NCBI RefSeq assembly: GCF_000143415.4
Contig: NW_003314329.1
Span: 267,421-331,420 of the forward strand
DNA from: Selaginella moellendorffii
Taxonomy: Eukaryota > Plantae > Lycopodiophyta
DNA: 64,000 bases
Reading direction: 5' to 3'
Shown here: positions 1 through 13,500 of the stretch, in pieces
Layout: the number at the start of each line of letters is the position of its first letter
How positions within the stretch are numbered: the stretch's first letter is position 1
The notes under the pieces: model-generated
Seen by the model: only the letters and a program-made list of their open reading frames with translations
What the model was told of the DNA's origin: nothing
Database searches by the model: none
Position numbers and translations under genes: made by a program

Positions 1-890
1 CGTCTATGGAACATCACTATCAGTCACTGATTCGAAATCGACGGGCTCGAAGACACAATCAAGTGAGCGACTTCCCGTCGGATATGGCTGAAGATGACCT
101 CGAGATGCTGGAGTCACAAGACGTATATTTGCCTAGCGAATTTTCGTACTGATAAAATATTCTATGTTCACAGATTCAGGATTTTGTAGAGGACATGGAC
201 GAATGGAGCTCTGTGCTCGAGTCGATCATGGCCAAGGCTGCACAGATGTATTTTCAAGACACCTTGGATAGAGCCATTTTTGGGAACAAGTGGTGCAGAA
301 TGCTAGCCGGAATCCAACCGAGCTTTCCCATCTTAGTGGACTCATTCGAGCGAAGGTACTCTTGAAAGCTGTTCTCACAAGGGTCATATCGTGCTGCTTA
401 CAGGGTGACATCTGAGACGGAGAATGCCGTTGTCAGCCACCACGAACAGAAGAAACCTCACAAAGGTAAAGAAGCTCTTCTTGGATTTTGGTTCTGACTG
501 CTGTGTTTTGTTTTTTTGGCAACAGCCAGTGGATGGTTTGACAGATTGGGACTCAACTTGCCAGCTCAAACGTGCGTTGATCCGCTAATTTCTATATATG
601 CGTTCCCACTGACGCTGTTATCGTTCTCCAGGCCCGAAGACGAGGAGGAGCTAAGCACGCAAACTCCACATCTAACTGTAGTCGCCGGCATTGCTGGAAG
701 TTCCACAGACCAGGTGGTGAAAGCCGCGTCTTCTGCGATTCAAGAGGCCAGAGACAAGATTGAGAGGAACGAAATGACTCTGGAAAATCTTTTCATTGCG
801 GACTTGGGTGGTCCTCATATATGGTCCAATCCCAGCGCGGGGCTGTCCGGACTTGGAGGAGGATCATCTGACGAGCGTAGCGAAGCATAG
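1..890 (+). CDS. 3' part of an uncharacterised multi-exon protein gene (5' end outside window)
   Basis: Short GT-AG introns (e.g. 123-173) separate coding segments ...YFQDTLDRAIFGNKWCRMLAGIQPSFPILVDSFERR...; last exon ends SDERSEA-TAG at 890. Family not recognised. Confidence 0.6.
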
Positions 891-897
891 ATAACTG

Positions 898-1260
898 TCA
901 GCTGTGCTGGTGGTGTTTGAGCACATCGCGGACCTCGAACGCAGTCCGGCTTTGGACAACAATGTCATACATGTGTGTCGTCTTCAGCTTGGTGAAGTCC
1001 GCCGGCAGCGAGATGAAGTATGGCCCGTTGACGCTGCGAAAGTACTGCCGGCTCTCCTCCGCCTCGGAATCACACCTCTCCCATCCCAGCGCGAAAAGCT
1101 TGTCCTCGAGCAGATCGAAAGACGTGATGACTTCGTTCGTGGCCCGGTACACGAGCTGCTTCTTTGGCGGCTCCCAAGCCTTGAAGTTGTCCAGCGGTTG
1201 CTTCATCGGATTCCGCACAAGCGTGGCCACGCCGTCTCGAAACAGCCACACACCCGACAT
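898..1260 (-). CDS. FPF1: Flowering-promoting factor 1-like protein, single exon
   Basis: N-terminus MSGVWLFRDGVATLV, internal LEDKLFALGWER and C-terminal HMYDIVV..R..FEVRD match the FPF1 family. Confidence 0.88.
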   Translation of the reverse strand: MSGVWLFRDGVATLVRNPMKQPLDNFKAWEPPKKQLVYRATNEVITSFDLLEDKLFALGWERCDSEAEESRQYFRSVNGPYFISLPADFTKLKTTHMYDIVVQSRTAFEVRDVLKHHQHS

Positions 1261-1643
1261 ACCACCACACTCCCTGGAGAGGAAACGTTAGAGCGCTCAA
1301 GCTTTGCGAAGAAATGAAAAGGAAAGAAGCTGCGAACAGGAGTGAAGTTCTGCGAACCTGAGTCGACCCGCCCCAAGCCGAGACTGCGACTGACAAGGAG
1401 ATCACAAGCGCGAAAAGCAAAGCATTGCTCGGTGACAAAGTCAAGAGAAAAATGATTGCGCGAGCCACTGTAGGCGCCGACTAGTGAGGGAGCGAACGAG
1501 AGGCCGATCCATTTGGAGCCCACGACATCCCAGAAAGGTGACGCATCTCATAATTCCCCCACTCAGCTCGCGGTGCCCCGCTGGTCGGATCCACCAACAG
1601 ATAACTGCTTTGCTCCAAGTACACACGTCCGTACGATGGCCCA

Positions 1644-3195
1644 CTAAGTTGTCACCCGTGCCGCCGAGGCCGAGAGGACCGCAAGCCCGCGGTTGAGATC
1701 GACGAGTGCCTCCTCGCACTCGGACACGAGCTTCTCGAGGGAGCCGTCGGCGCGAGCAGTGGTAGCAGCACCATCTTCCACGGAGGTGGCGGTGGGAGAA
1801 GTTGAAGTTTCAGAGACGGCGGCGATGGCTGCATGCGAGTCCCGCAAGCTACGAAGGTTGCGAAGCAGCTGCAACCACCGGAGGATTGGAGGGTTCAGTG
1901 CAGTTGATTGGTTTTCACGTCTCTCACCTTGAGGAGGAGTTTATACGACTCCAACAGCCGGTTCGCAGCCGGTCCCAATCCATGCAGCTGGGGCAGCTCC
2001 ATCGTGTGTGTCCAGGGTCGTATTTCCTGCGGGGTATACGTGATCACAACAAACATACATCGTACGAGAGCGAAAGAAAGAGGGGGAGAGCGCGGGCACC
2101 TTTGAATATATATGATTGAATACTTTGGCGGTCTCGAGGAAAGATTCCAGCTGCGCCTTTAATTCGTTCCCAGCCTCGGAATGGTCTTCATTCGGGTTGT
2201 AGTTTTGCTGGACCAATGGCAGAACTCAGCGGTTTTGGATCCGAGTCAAAGCAGCACATGAAGCTCAAGCATTAAAAAACGAGAGGAGAAACCCACCTTC
2301 GAGGCCAGATCATCAACAACCTGCTGGAGATCGGCCAGGTGCTTGACATAGTCGGCGAGTTTGTTTTCTAGCTCGGACACGTCCGGCCTGCAAACAAAGT
2401 CAAGGTCGAGCGTTAACCAGACAGACACAAGACGCGTCACTTACACTGGGAAGCTCGTCTGGATCTGTACGTCGGGCGGGAAGAGCTTGCATTCCTCGGA
2501 GAAAACTTGGGCCTGCTTCTCCGAGATAGCATCAAGGAACTGGATGTCCTTGGCAACCTGGTCATCCACACTATAGGCACGCACGAAACGAGGATGAGGG
2601 TGGTGGCGTTCATACGGGTTTGAGAGGAAAGAGCACCAACCTCCATTCCGGATTGTCAGCGACGCAGCTCGCCTCAACCAGGTTGACAATCAAGCGCAGC
2701 ATCTCGGCACGACTTTCGTAGCTCCCTTTACCCTGTGGTGGAAGGAGCATTGGTTTGCCGGATCCACAAAATCCACACACTTTAAGCCAGAGTTACCTGG
2801 ACAGCGTCTAGATCCACAGTCGGTGTCAAGCCCAGAAACCTGGCGATCTCAGCTAAATCTGCGAAAGAGATGAAAAGGTCGTCGCCTTTGCCACAATCAC
2901 AATCTGGATTCGAGAATGGGCTCACGCTGTGTTCGCGTAGATTCTTCGTCCCGCTCGGTGCCATCGCCCTGTGCTCCTTGCTGCGTGAAAGGCGACTTAT
3001 CCCCTAGGAGCCTAATCAAACACCAAATGCCAAGAGAGCGTGGCGTGGAAAGGGCGAGCAAAGCTCAAGAACTTACTTGAAGAAGAGCCACTCGAGCAGC
3101 GCATAGCGCTCCAGGCCGGCGTAGAGCAGCGATTGCGCCGGCACCGAAGCTCGCGGGTAGTCGAGCGCCATGAGCTTGCTCTGGACCTCCTCCAT
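1644..3195 (-). CDS. AUG7: AUGMIN subunit 7 (HAUS7-like), multi-exon
   Basis: Spliced product [40 protein letters not shown]...[15 protein letters not shown]...[15 protein letters not shown]...[26 protein letters not shown] matches plant AUG7. Confidence 0.9.
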
Positions 3196-3390
3196 CGCAA
3201 ATGTAGATGCTAGAGCTAGGGCAAGGCGACCATGGAAGAAGTCTCAATCTTCTGTTGCTTTTACCTATAATGTATGTATGGTTGCTCCCTTCTACAACCC
3301 AGGAAGGAGAACAAGAACAAGAATCCAAAATCCAAGAATGTGGGATGCGATCCAGCGATGGATCGCGCCGGACCACCGGTGCTCACGAAT

Positions 3391-3403
3391 CTCCCTCTCC
3401 CCC

Positions 3404-3441
<38 letters not shown>
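3391..3441. repeat. (CT)n microsatellite between the GATL stop and AUG7 start
   Basis: Visible CT-dinucleotide run. Confidence 0.85.
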
Positions 3442-3443
<2 letters not shown>

Positions 3444-4564
3444 GCCACCATGGAGAGCGCGAGCGCCAGTTGCGGGTGGCGATGGCGGTAGCGGAAGAGA
3501 TCATAGGGAGCCCAGAGGCTGTCGAGCGGGCATGGCGTGCCCGAATCCAGGCGCGCCCATGGCTTGCCCTTGCCGCTCCAATGCAGCAAGCTCACTGGCC
3601 CCGGGTGGAGATCCCGGCAGCTGCCCACCACGCAGTCCCCGCCCAGGCCGTGCTGGTTCCACCGGTGCTCGATCGCCTCCACCTCGCCCGCGAACACCAG
3701 CAAGAAAGGGGGCAGCGATCCCAGCTCGTAGATCTTGCTCTCCTTGCGCACGTCCATCCAGGCCTCGAGCATGGCGGTATAGCCGCCGCGCCGCCACGCG
3801 CGCAAGTCCATCACCATGACGCCGGTGTTGAAGTAGCAGGGCGTGGAGGACCTGGCCGCGAAGGTGGACGCCAGCGTCTCGTTGCTCCAGAAGGCGGGCG
3901 TGAAGTACCTGGTGAAATTGGCAGCGCAGTACTCCGGGGCGCCCAGGACGTGGCCGTCCCGGAGCTCCGTCCGCCATAGCTTGGCAATGTCGTCCACCAC
4001 CACCACATCGGAGTCGAGGTAGATGACGCGGTGGATGCACTCGTCCAGCATCGCCGCCAGGTAGTTCCGCGCGTAGTTGAGGGGCTGCTCGAGGTCGGAG
4101 CGCACGCTGGAGGAGATCCGGCCGCGGACCAGCGCCTCCTGGAACTCGTACGCCTTGAACCTGAGGTACGGGAACGTCTGCTTCACCACGGATTGGAGCG
4201 CGTCCATGGGCAGCTCCTCGGGATGGTGATCATGCCCGGGCGACGCGATGAGGAAGTGGAAGACGATGCTCTCGGGGCAGACGGCGTGCTGGACGATGGA
4301 GAGCACCGCGGCCATGGAGCCGCGGAGATAGGCGCGATCCAGCGTCATTGCTACGTGAATCGCGCCCGGATCATGGCACCACCCGGGCCGCTGCGCTGGA
4401 TCTAGCCTCTGCCGCGGGCACTCCTTGCCGTTTCGAAACGCTGGAGCCTCGTGGAAGAGCTGCTGCTGCCCGAACTGGGAAGATCGGATGGCCTCGGCCG
4501 CGGGAGCCCACGAGTGCATCGCCGGCAACAAGATGGTGAGGAGCACCAGCAGCGCCCACACCAT
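3440..4564 (-). CDS. GATL: Galacturonosyltransferase-like (GT8) protein, single exon
   Basis: Signal peptide, [26 protein letters not shown] (DxD), [14 protein letters not shown] and [11 protein letters not shown] motifs. Confidence 0.95.
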
Positions 4565-6443
4565 AGCTGAGCTCCTCTCGATCTTCCTGATCTTATAACT
4601 TCCACCACTTTGCGAGAGCTGCGATTGGAATCCTTGGTCCTGGCGATAGAGCTAGCAACCTAAAGGGATGGATCATCCTGGGGGCCTAAGTATACGCGGC
4701 CCCTAAATTAAGAGCGGCGTATATTTGTAGCTGCATTTTGGCTTTCGAATCCAATGGCTTCCTTGGATAACAAAAATGGGAAAATTTTATAGCTCCAGGG
4801 GGGAATGGAATATCCACCAGCATAATCTCCCTCTCTGTTTGGTGCCAGATTTCAGATTTTCGGGTTCTTCCTTTTTCCCATGTCTCTCTCTCACATCAAA
4901 CATGCGGCGCGGCAGCTGTAGCATTTTCCCCTCTGTCCTTTTGGAACCGTACATTGCGTACGTACGCATTAGGGCGAAATAGCTCTGCGCCATCCGTCGC
5001 ACTCAGCACTGTCTGCGTCACTATTGAGCTGCATCCCGGTTGGCTCCTTTGACCGGCGCTGCGTACGCTCTGGTCAACTCAAAGACCGCCGCAGCCATTG
5101 TCCGTGGCATGAAAGGTGGCCATGCAAAAACAAAGCAATGTAAATTTTTTGCCCGGCCAGCCCACGCTGTTTTGTTTGCCCGGCTAGCTGGCTGGCCGAG
5201 TTCTTCACTTTCAACCAAAGTAAGTCTTGCTTTGATTTGCGTTGAGCGTCTACAGTACGCCAATTTCTTGTTGCTCGTCTCCTCTCCACTGAGCATAAAT
5301 AATTGCGGAGAAACTTTCGGTGATGTTTACGTTGAGCTCGCAAATGTCAATCCATTTAGTCGGACTTCTGCGGCATACGCATAGAGGAATCCCAGCTTCT
5401 CCCTCTCTTTCCCTTTTCTCTTTTCTCTTTTAGTAAAGAAAGGGAAAGCAGAGTTGAGGCTGTATCTGAGCGAGCGAGCCCCATGCCCAGCCCCACTGGA
5501 CATAAATTTGCATTTTCAACTTCATAAAGCTAAGCAAATACGAAGGCAGAGATTATCGTGCGGTATAAGATCCCATTGTGACCAGTCTTTTGAACTCTAC
5601 CATCACTTAAGATCCCATTTCGATCGATCTTTTGAGCTACGGATAACACAAAGCGGTGCTTCTTTATTTTTAGATTTCCAGGCAACCACCATCTATTGTT
5701 TGGTGAGGGGGTGCAATCCATTCCTTGACGACTCGGCAACAAACGGAGGAGGAGGAGCCCTTCCCCCGGGAATTGGGGAGGTAAGCGGAGTTCTTCTCTC
5801 TATTTTTTTGCGTTCCTTTCGTACGCCGCCAGGGCAGTGACCAATCGCGGAGCAAGGGCAAATGTCCGTCCCATGCGTACACCTGATCCTTTCAACAACC
5901 ATCAAATTCAGAAGATTTTCTATTCCTCCTCTCTCTCGATCAGGAATGAAAAGGCTGTCGCACCGCCAGCCAGCACCCACCTCGGATCATCTTTGGGAAA
6001 TATCAAAAACCCCACCCATCCAATCCAATCCAATTCAATTCAATCGTGATCTCAGTTAGAAGTAGTATAATAGTTCACGTGGAGAAGAGAGCGTAACCAC
6101 ATCTCTGCGATCTTTCCACCGCCTTTGTCTAAATGCGGCGGCCGACGCAGCTTTGCCTGGATCAAGCACCCTGAATCACGGAGATCAAGCATCCGGGCAT
6201 TCAAACGAGACTTCGCGGTTGGAAGCGAAGTCGTCGGTCCACTGTTGCAGTGCTCTGTTTTAGGGCGTTGAATCTTCTACTAGGGCTGTACTTTGTACTA
6301 GCAATCGGCACAACGTGTGTGTACTGGAGTACAGTTGGCGTGTTGCGCCCGGCTCTAGCCGAATAATTCAGCTATCGATAAATCCTATCTCATTCCCATG
6401 GTTTGGAAGTTCAAAGGTTCTAAGTTGAAAGCTTGTCTTAGGT

Positions 6444-7672
6444 ATGGCGCGATGGATCAGCGCCGCCTTGCTGCTGTGGGCGGGGATCATCCTCCTCCAC
6501 ATCGGCGCGGCGCAATCCCACGGCGGATCCCATGACGATGATGCGGATGCGGATGCTGCTGCAGCTGATCACGATTTGCGAGACAAGGGTCTCATTCTCA
6601 CCAAGGTATGGTGCTTGATCATCGCGTTCGTGGCGACCTTCTTGTCTGGAATCTCGCCCTACTTCTTCCGCTGGCATTCGTCTTTTCTGGTGCTGGGCAC
6701 GCAATTCGCCGGCGGTGTCTTCCTGGGCACCGCGCTCATGCATTTCCTCTCCGATGCCAACGAGACATTCGAGGAGAGGACCAGCAAAAGCTATCCTTTT
6801 GCTTACATGCTCGCCACCGCCGGCTACTTGCTCACCATGCTCGGCGATTGCATCATCTCCAGCGTCTACTCCAGGACCGATGCTTCTCGCCACCACGCTG
6901 ATCCAGCCAAGCTACGCGATGCCGAGGCCGCCACCGCCACCGCTGGTAAGTCATCGCTACGTGCTTTCCTCATTTCCACTGAGATCCTCAGAGAAAGGCG
7001 ATGATCTCACCAAGGAGGGTTCTACTGTTGTAAGTGAAGCCGTGTTTCTTCTAGGCCGACACTGACAAAATGCTGCAAATTTCCAGGAGGACAACACTCT
7101 CAACATGAAGAACATCGTCACCGCACCCGCCATCGTCAAGGAGGCGTCCTTTGGCGATAGCTTGCTACTCATCATCGCTCTTTGCTTCCACTCGGTGTTT
7201 GAGGGAATCGCGATCGGCATTGCAGGCAAGCTGGTTGACGATCCATCTCATGCGTCCCCGTGATCGATTGTGCTTCGCAGCGACCGAGAGAGACGCATGG
7301 AGGAATCTGTGGACGATATGCCTTCACAAGCTCTTTGCCGCCATCGCCATGGGAATCGCGCTGCTCAAGATCATGCCCAACAGGCCCTTGCTCTCCACCT
7401 CGCTCTACTCCTTCGCATTCGCCATCTCCACGCCGATTGGCGTCGCCATTGGGATCATCATCGACTCCACGACTCAGGGAGCGGCCGCGGATTGGATCTA
7501 CGCCATCTCCATGGGAATCGCGTGTGGAGTTTTTGTCTACGTAGCCATCAACCATCTCCTGGCCAAAGGATTTGTTCCCGATCGCGCATCATTCTGGGAC
7601 ACACCATTCTACAGATTTTTGGCGGTCGTGCTTGGCGCCGCCGTCATAGCGGTGGTGATGATCTGGGACTAG
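6444..7672 (+). CDS. ZIP-family zinc/metal transporter (ZIP2-like), 3 exons
   Basis: [45 protein letters not shown] and AVVMIWD-stop; introns at about 6946-7087 and 7226-7280. Confidence 0.92.
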
Positions 7673-7776
7673 AACACTACACACTTTTTCACTTTCGAAA
7701 GGCTGTCACACTTTTTTTTATATACGTTTAAGTGTAGAGAGATTTGGTTCTTCACTGTACGGTGTCGTCGTCCGTC

Positions 7777-9427
<1,651 letters not shown>

Positions 9428-9761
9428 TTTATTCCCTCCCCCTCTCTCCTAGCGATCTAGCCTCCAATCTATCTAACAGCAAGAGGCGCGCCCGAGGGCG
9501 GCCTTAGATCAACATCACTTACATCGGGCTAGCGTGTGGATCGCTCGCTCCTAGCTCTCGTCCACAAACCCTAAGTCACTAAGTTTTTATCCGGGGGCAT
9601 ATTCTCCTACACTTTCCAGCGCGGCAGGGATCCACGACGATTCATCCTACGGCGGAGAACAGCCCACGCGATGATCAAACCTTTTAACATTCCGTGTGAT
9701 GTGCTAGAACAACAACAAAGCAAAATAGGCAAAATAGGTAGAACTGGCTTGATGATGATCC

Positions 9762-10361
9762 TCAAACGTGGCTCGCCACTGGAGGATTGGTGCTGCTGGT
9801 AGATCCGAGGAAGGAGAGGAATCCAGCGCCGCCCTCTTGCTCGTCCAGGAAGAGATCGTCGGGAACTCTAAAAGCCCCATGAAGGCTCACCGCGACCGCG
9901 CCAATCGTGAGCGCCGACAGTAGCAGCGATCCCACGTCCGAGAGGAGGAACACCACCACGACCGAGACGATCCCCATGAGGATCATCACCTCGCGCTCGC
10001 TGAAGCTCCGATTGAATAGGACGACGGGCTCGGTGCGGACGAGATAGAGGTAGTACCACATGAATGCCAGCACCCCGAGCGTGAGGAGCGAGAGAGGATG
10101 ATAGACCAGGCTCGCCGCGATGCAGCCCAGCACGACCAAGATGTAATTGATCTTGAAGTAGCCGATGTTCTTGCGGATCCGGCCCAGGGCGTCGGAGAGG
10201 GACTCGGGCTTGGCCAGCGAGTTGCGATCTACAAGCTCCTTCCACGGCCTGCGCTGCGCAACCGCCATCTTCATACCATCGGAGAGACGGGAGAGGAAAG
10301 CCCGAGCCGCTGGCGTCGGCGCCAAGCTCTGCTGCTGCGTCGCCACACTGCTCGCCATCAT
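9762..10361 (-). CDS. PRA1: Prenylated Rab acceptor 1 (PRA1.B-type), single exon
   Basis: RRPWKELVD, RIRKNIGYFKINY and HGAFRVPDDLFLDE motifs. Confidence 0.93.
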   Translation of the reverse strand: MMASSVATQQQSLAPTPAARAFLSRLSDGMKMAVAQRRPWKELVDRNSLAKPESLSDALGRIRKNIGYFKINYILVVLGCIAASLVYHPLSLLTLGVLAFMWYYLYLVRTEPVVLFNRSFSEREVMILMGIVSVVVVFLLSDVGSLLLSALTIGAVAVSLHGAFRVPDDLFLDEQEGGAGFLSFLGSTSSTNPPVASHV

Positions 10362-10594
10362 CGCCTCCTCCTGGATCTAGCAGATCTACGCCTTGCCCCA
10401 AATAACCCTAGCTTTCGAAGACGCGTTTATTTCCGTTATTAGGGTTCTTGGTGCCTGGTCATTTCAAAAACGTGGGCGGAGGACTGCGATCCAGCCGCAT
10501 TCTCAAGGCGCCGTGCGTGCCTGATGGAGCTGATGTTGTGTGGATGCTCGCGATGCCCTAGCGTCCTCGGCAGTAGTGTGTAGGGCGCGCAGCA

Positions 10595-13500
10595 ATGGCG
10601 GCAGATGCCGCGGCCCCGATGGGAGGCCTGTTTCTAAATCCCGAGCATCGATCGTCAAAGGTATGGAAGGATAATGTCAGCACCGATGCTCACGGCACGC
10701 CGTTTGCGAGGAAATCACTGGCGATGGAGGACAATGAGGACGCGGAAGCGCTCATGTGGGCAGCGCTGGAGGAGTTCCCAGCCTACGAGCGCCTCCGCAT
10801 GGTTTTTTTGGACGAGGCGGAGAAGATCCCGGTGGATGTGAGGTACCTGAGCAGGGGTGAGAGGCAGCGGGTGTTGGAGAGCGCGTTTGCCACCACCGAT
10901 CAAGACAATCTCCACCTCTTGCAGCGGCTCAAGGAGCGCCTCCAGAGGTCGGTGTCCATCGATCGATTCTTGGCTGCTGGCTTTCATCTCGGCAGAGGAG
11001 GAGGAGCTCACTGTAGAACTACTGACTTGACAGGGTCCGCATTGCGCTTCCCACGGTGGAGGTTCGCTTCGAGCATCTCCGGATCAGTGCTGATGTTCAC
11101 GTTGGATCGAGAGCTTTACCAAGCCTCACAAACTTCGTGAGGAATTTTGTGGAGGTAACTGGCTTACTTTATCGATTGAGATCAAAGACCGCTCTCTTTT
11201 TTTCTTCTCAGGACATGCTAGTTTCTATGAAGATCATGTCATCGGACAAGAAGGATTTTAAGATTCTCAAGGACGTGAGTGGGGTCATCAAACCCGGAAG
11301 GTGAGCTGCTTCATTTACCTCCATTTCTCTTATCTTGGTGCTGGATTCCTTCCTTGCAGAATGACTCTTTTGCTGGGACCGCCTGGAGCTGGAAAGTCGA
11401 CGTTGCTGGTGGCACTCGCTGGAAAGCTTGAAGCGGATCTGAGGGTGTGTCCTGGTTTGCTTTCTTTTGCGGTAAACTGTCTTTTCTGCTCGCAGGCAAC
11501 CGGTACAATAACTTACAACGGCCATGGCTTCAACGAGTTTGAACCCCTGGGAACTTCTGCGTATATTGGTCAAGAGGACAACCACATTGGAGAGATGACT
11601 GTCCGAGAGACACTGGATTTTTCTGCTCGCTGCCAAGGTGTTGGCTACAAAAACGGTGCGTAGTAGCAAAAACTTTGGCGCTAGATTCTTACTCCTTGGA
11701 TCTTTTCCAGAGATGCTAACCGAGCTAGTCGGCAGAGAGAAGGAGCGACACATTCACCCGGATCCTGAAATTGATGCCTTTATGAAGGTCCGGCCGTCTA
11801 GATTTCAAGGACTAGTCTTTCCACTAAACTTTATGGTTACAGGCAATGGCTGTTAAAGGGAAAAAGCACAGTATGGCTACAGACTACATGATGAAGGTGC
11901 TTGGCTTAGAAGTTTGTGCCGACACTTTGGTGGGGAATGAAATGCTTCGTGGCGTCTCAGGAGGGCAGAAGAAACGCGTGACTACAGGTTACAACACCTT
12001 CGCTTGCTTCATAGTCAAATGCCTCAACCAAGCACAAGAGAACTCAGCAACTTAAGAACGTCTTCCTCACAGGTGAAATGGTTGTGGGGCCGAAAAAGAC
12101 GCTTTTTATGGACGAAATCTCGACCGGGCTCGATAGTTCCACCACGTTTCAAATCGTCAAGTGCGTCAGAAATTTTGTTCATTTGCTAGAAGGGACAGTT
12201 CTGATGGCGCTTCTTCAACCTCCTCCAGAAACGTATGACCTTTTTGACGACGTGTTGCTACTGGCTGAAGGATACGTAGTTTATCTCGGTCCGAGAGAGA
12301 GCATACTACACTTTTTCGAATCGATGGGTTTTAAGTTGCCCCCTCGGAAAGGAGTTGCTGATTTTCTTCAAGAGGTATTGAGTTGCTTTTGGTTCCCTGT
12401 TCTTTTCTTCTAACAGTTTTTCCCTACAGGTAACCTCGAAGAAGGATCAGAAGCAATACTGGGCAGACAAGAGCAGGCCATACCAGTACATTCCAGTCGC
12501 GGTGTTTGCCGAGGCATTCCAAGATTATCAAGCTGGTAAAGACCTTAGCGCGCACCTTGCCACCCCTTATAACAAAGCAGGCAGCCATCCTTCGGCTCTG
12601 TCGAAACGAAAGTATGCAATGTCAAGCTGGGAATTGTTCAAGGCATGCACCCAACGAGAAATCCTCTTGATTTCACGTCACAGATTTCTCTACATTTTTA
12701 AAACTACTCAGGTAAGAGTTCAATTTCTCTCCTCCTCGTGATCTTCTTATTGTTTTCCTTTGTTTCAGGTAGCCATAATGGCAATAATTACGGGCACGTT
12801 GTTCCTTCGAACGACAATAGAGCCGACTAATGAAATCTACGGGAATATGTACCTCGGCTGCTTGTTTTTTGCGCTTATTCATATGATGTTTAATGGCTTC
12901 TCCGAGATGGCCATCACGGTTCATAGGCTTCCTGTCTTCTACAAGCAGAGAGATAATCGCTTCTATCCAGCTTGGGCGTTTTCGTTGCCGAGCTGGTTTC
13001 TAAGAATCCCTTACTCGGTGGTGGAAGCGGTTATATGGTCCTGTATTATATACTATTGCGTAGGCTTCACACCAGAGGCTGACAGGTATTGGCACAACTT
13101 TTCTGTGTTACTTAAGCTGAAAGTTGATGTTTTGTCCCCAGGTTCTTCCGATACATGTTTCTATTAATGCTGATGCATCAAATGGCATTGGCAATCTTTA
13201 GACTGATTGGAGCTCTTGCTAGAGATATGGTGGTAGCAAATACCTTCGGTTCATTCGCTCTTCTTATTGTATTTTTGTTGGGTGGTTTTATTATAGCTAG
13301 AAGTAAGTTTTGGCCTTTCTTTGTTATTTTATTTCGCTGCGCTGGCTAACTGTCTGCTATCACAGATGACATACATCCTTGGTGGATATGGGGGTACTGG
13401 CTTTCGCCTCTCTCTTATTCACAGAATGCCATAGCTGTGAATGAATTTCTCGCTCCTCGATGGAACCAGGTTTAATTTCGTTGAAGCTGAGAGTATTCTA

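Noticed and set aside
5454-5840. ORF with a C2H2-like HHLRSH motif
   Set aside because: Arises from a short imperfect tandem duplication near 5567-5640; no ATG start and no correct Cys spacing.
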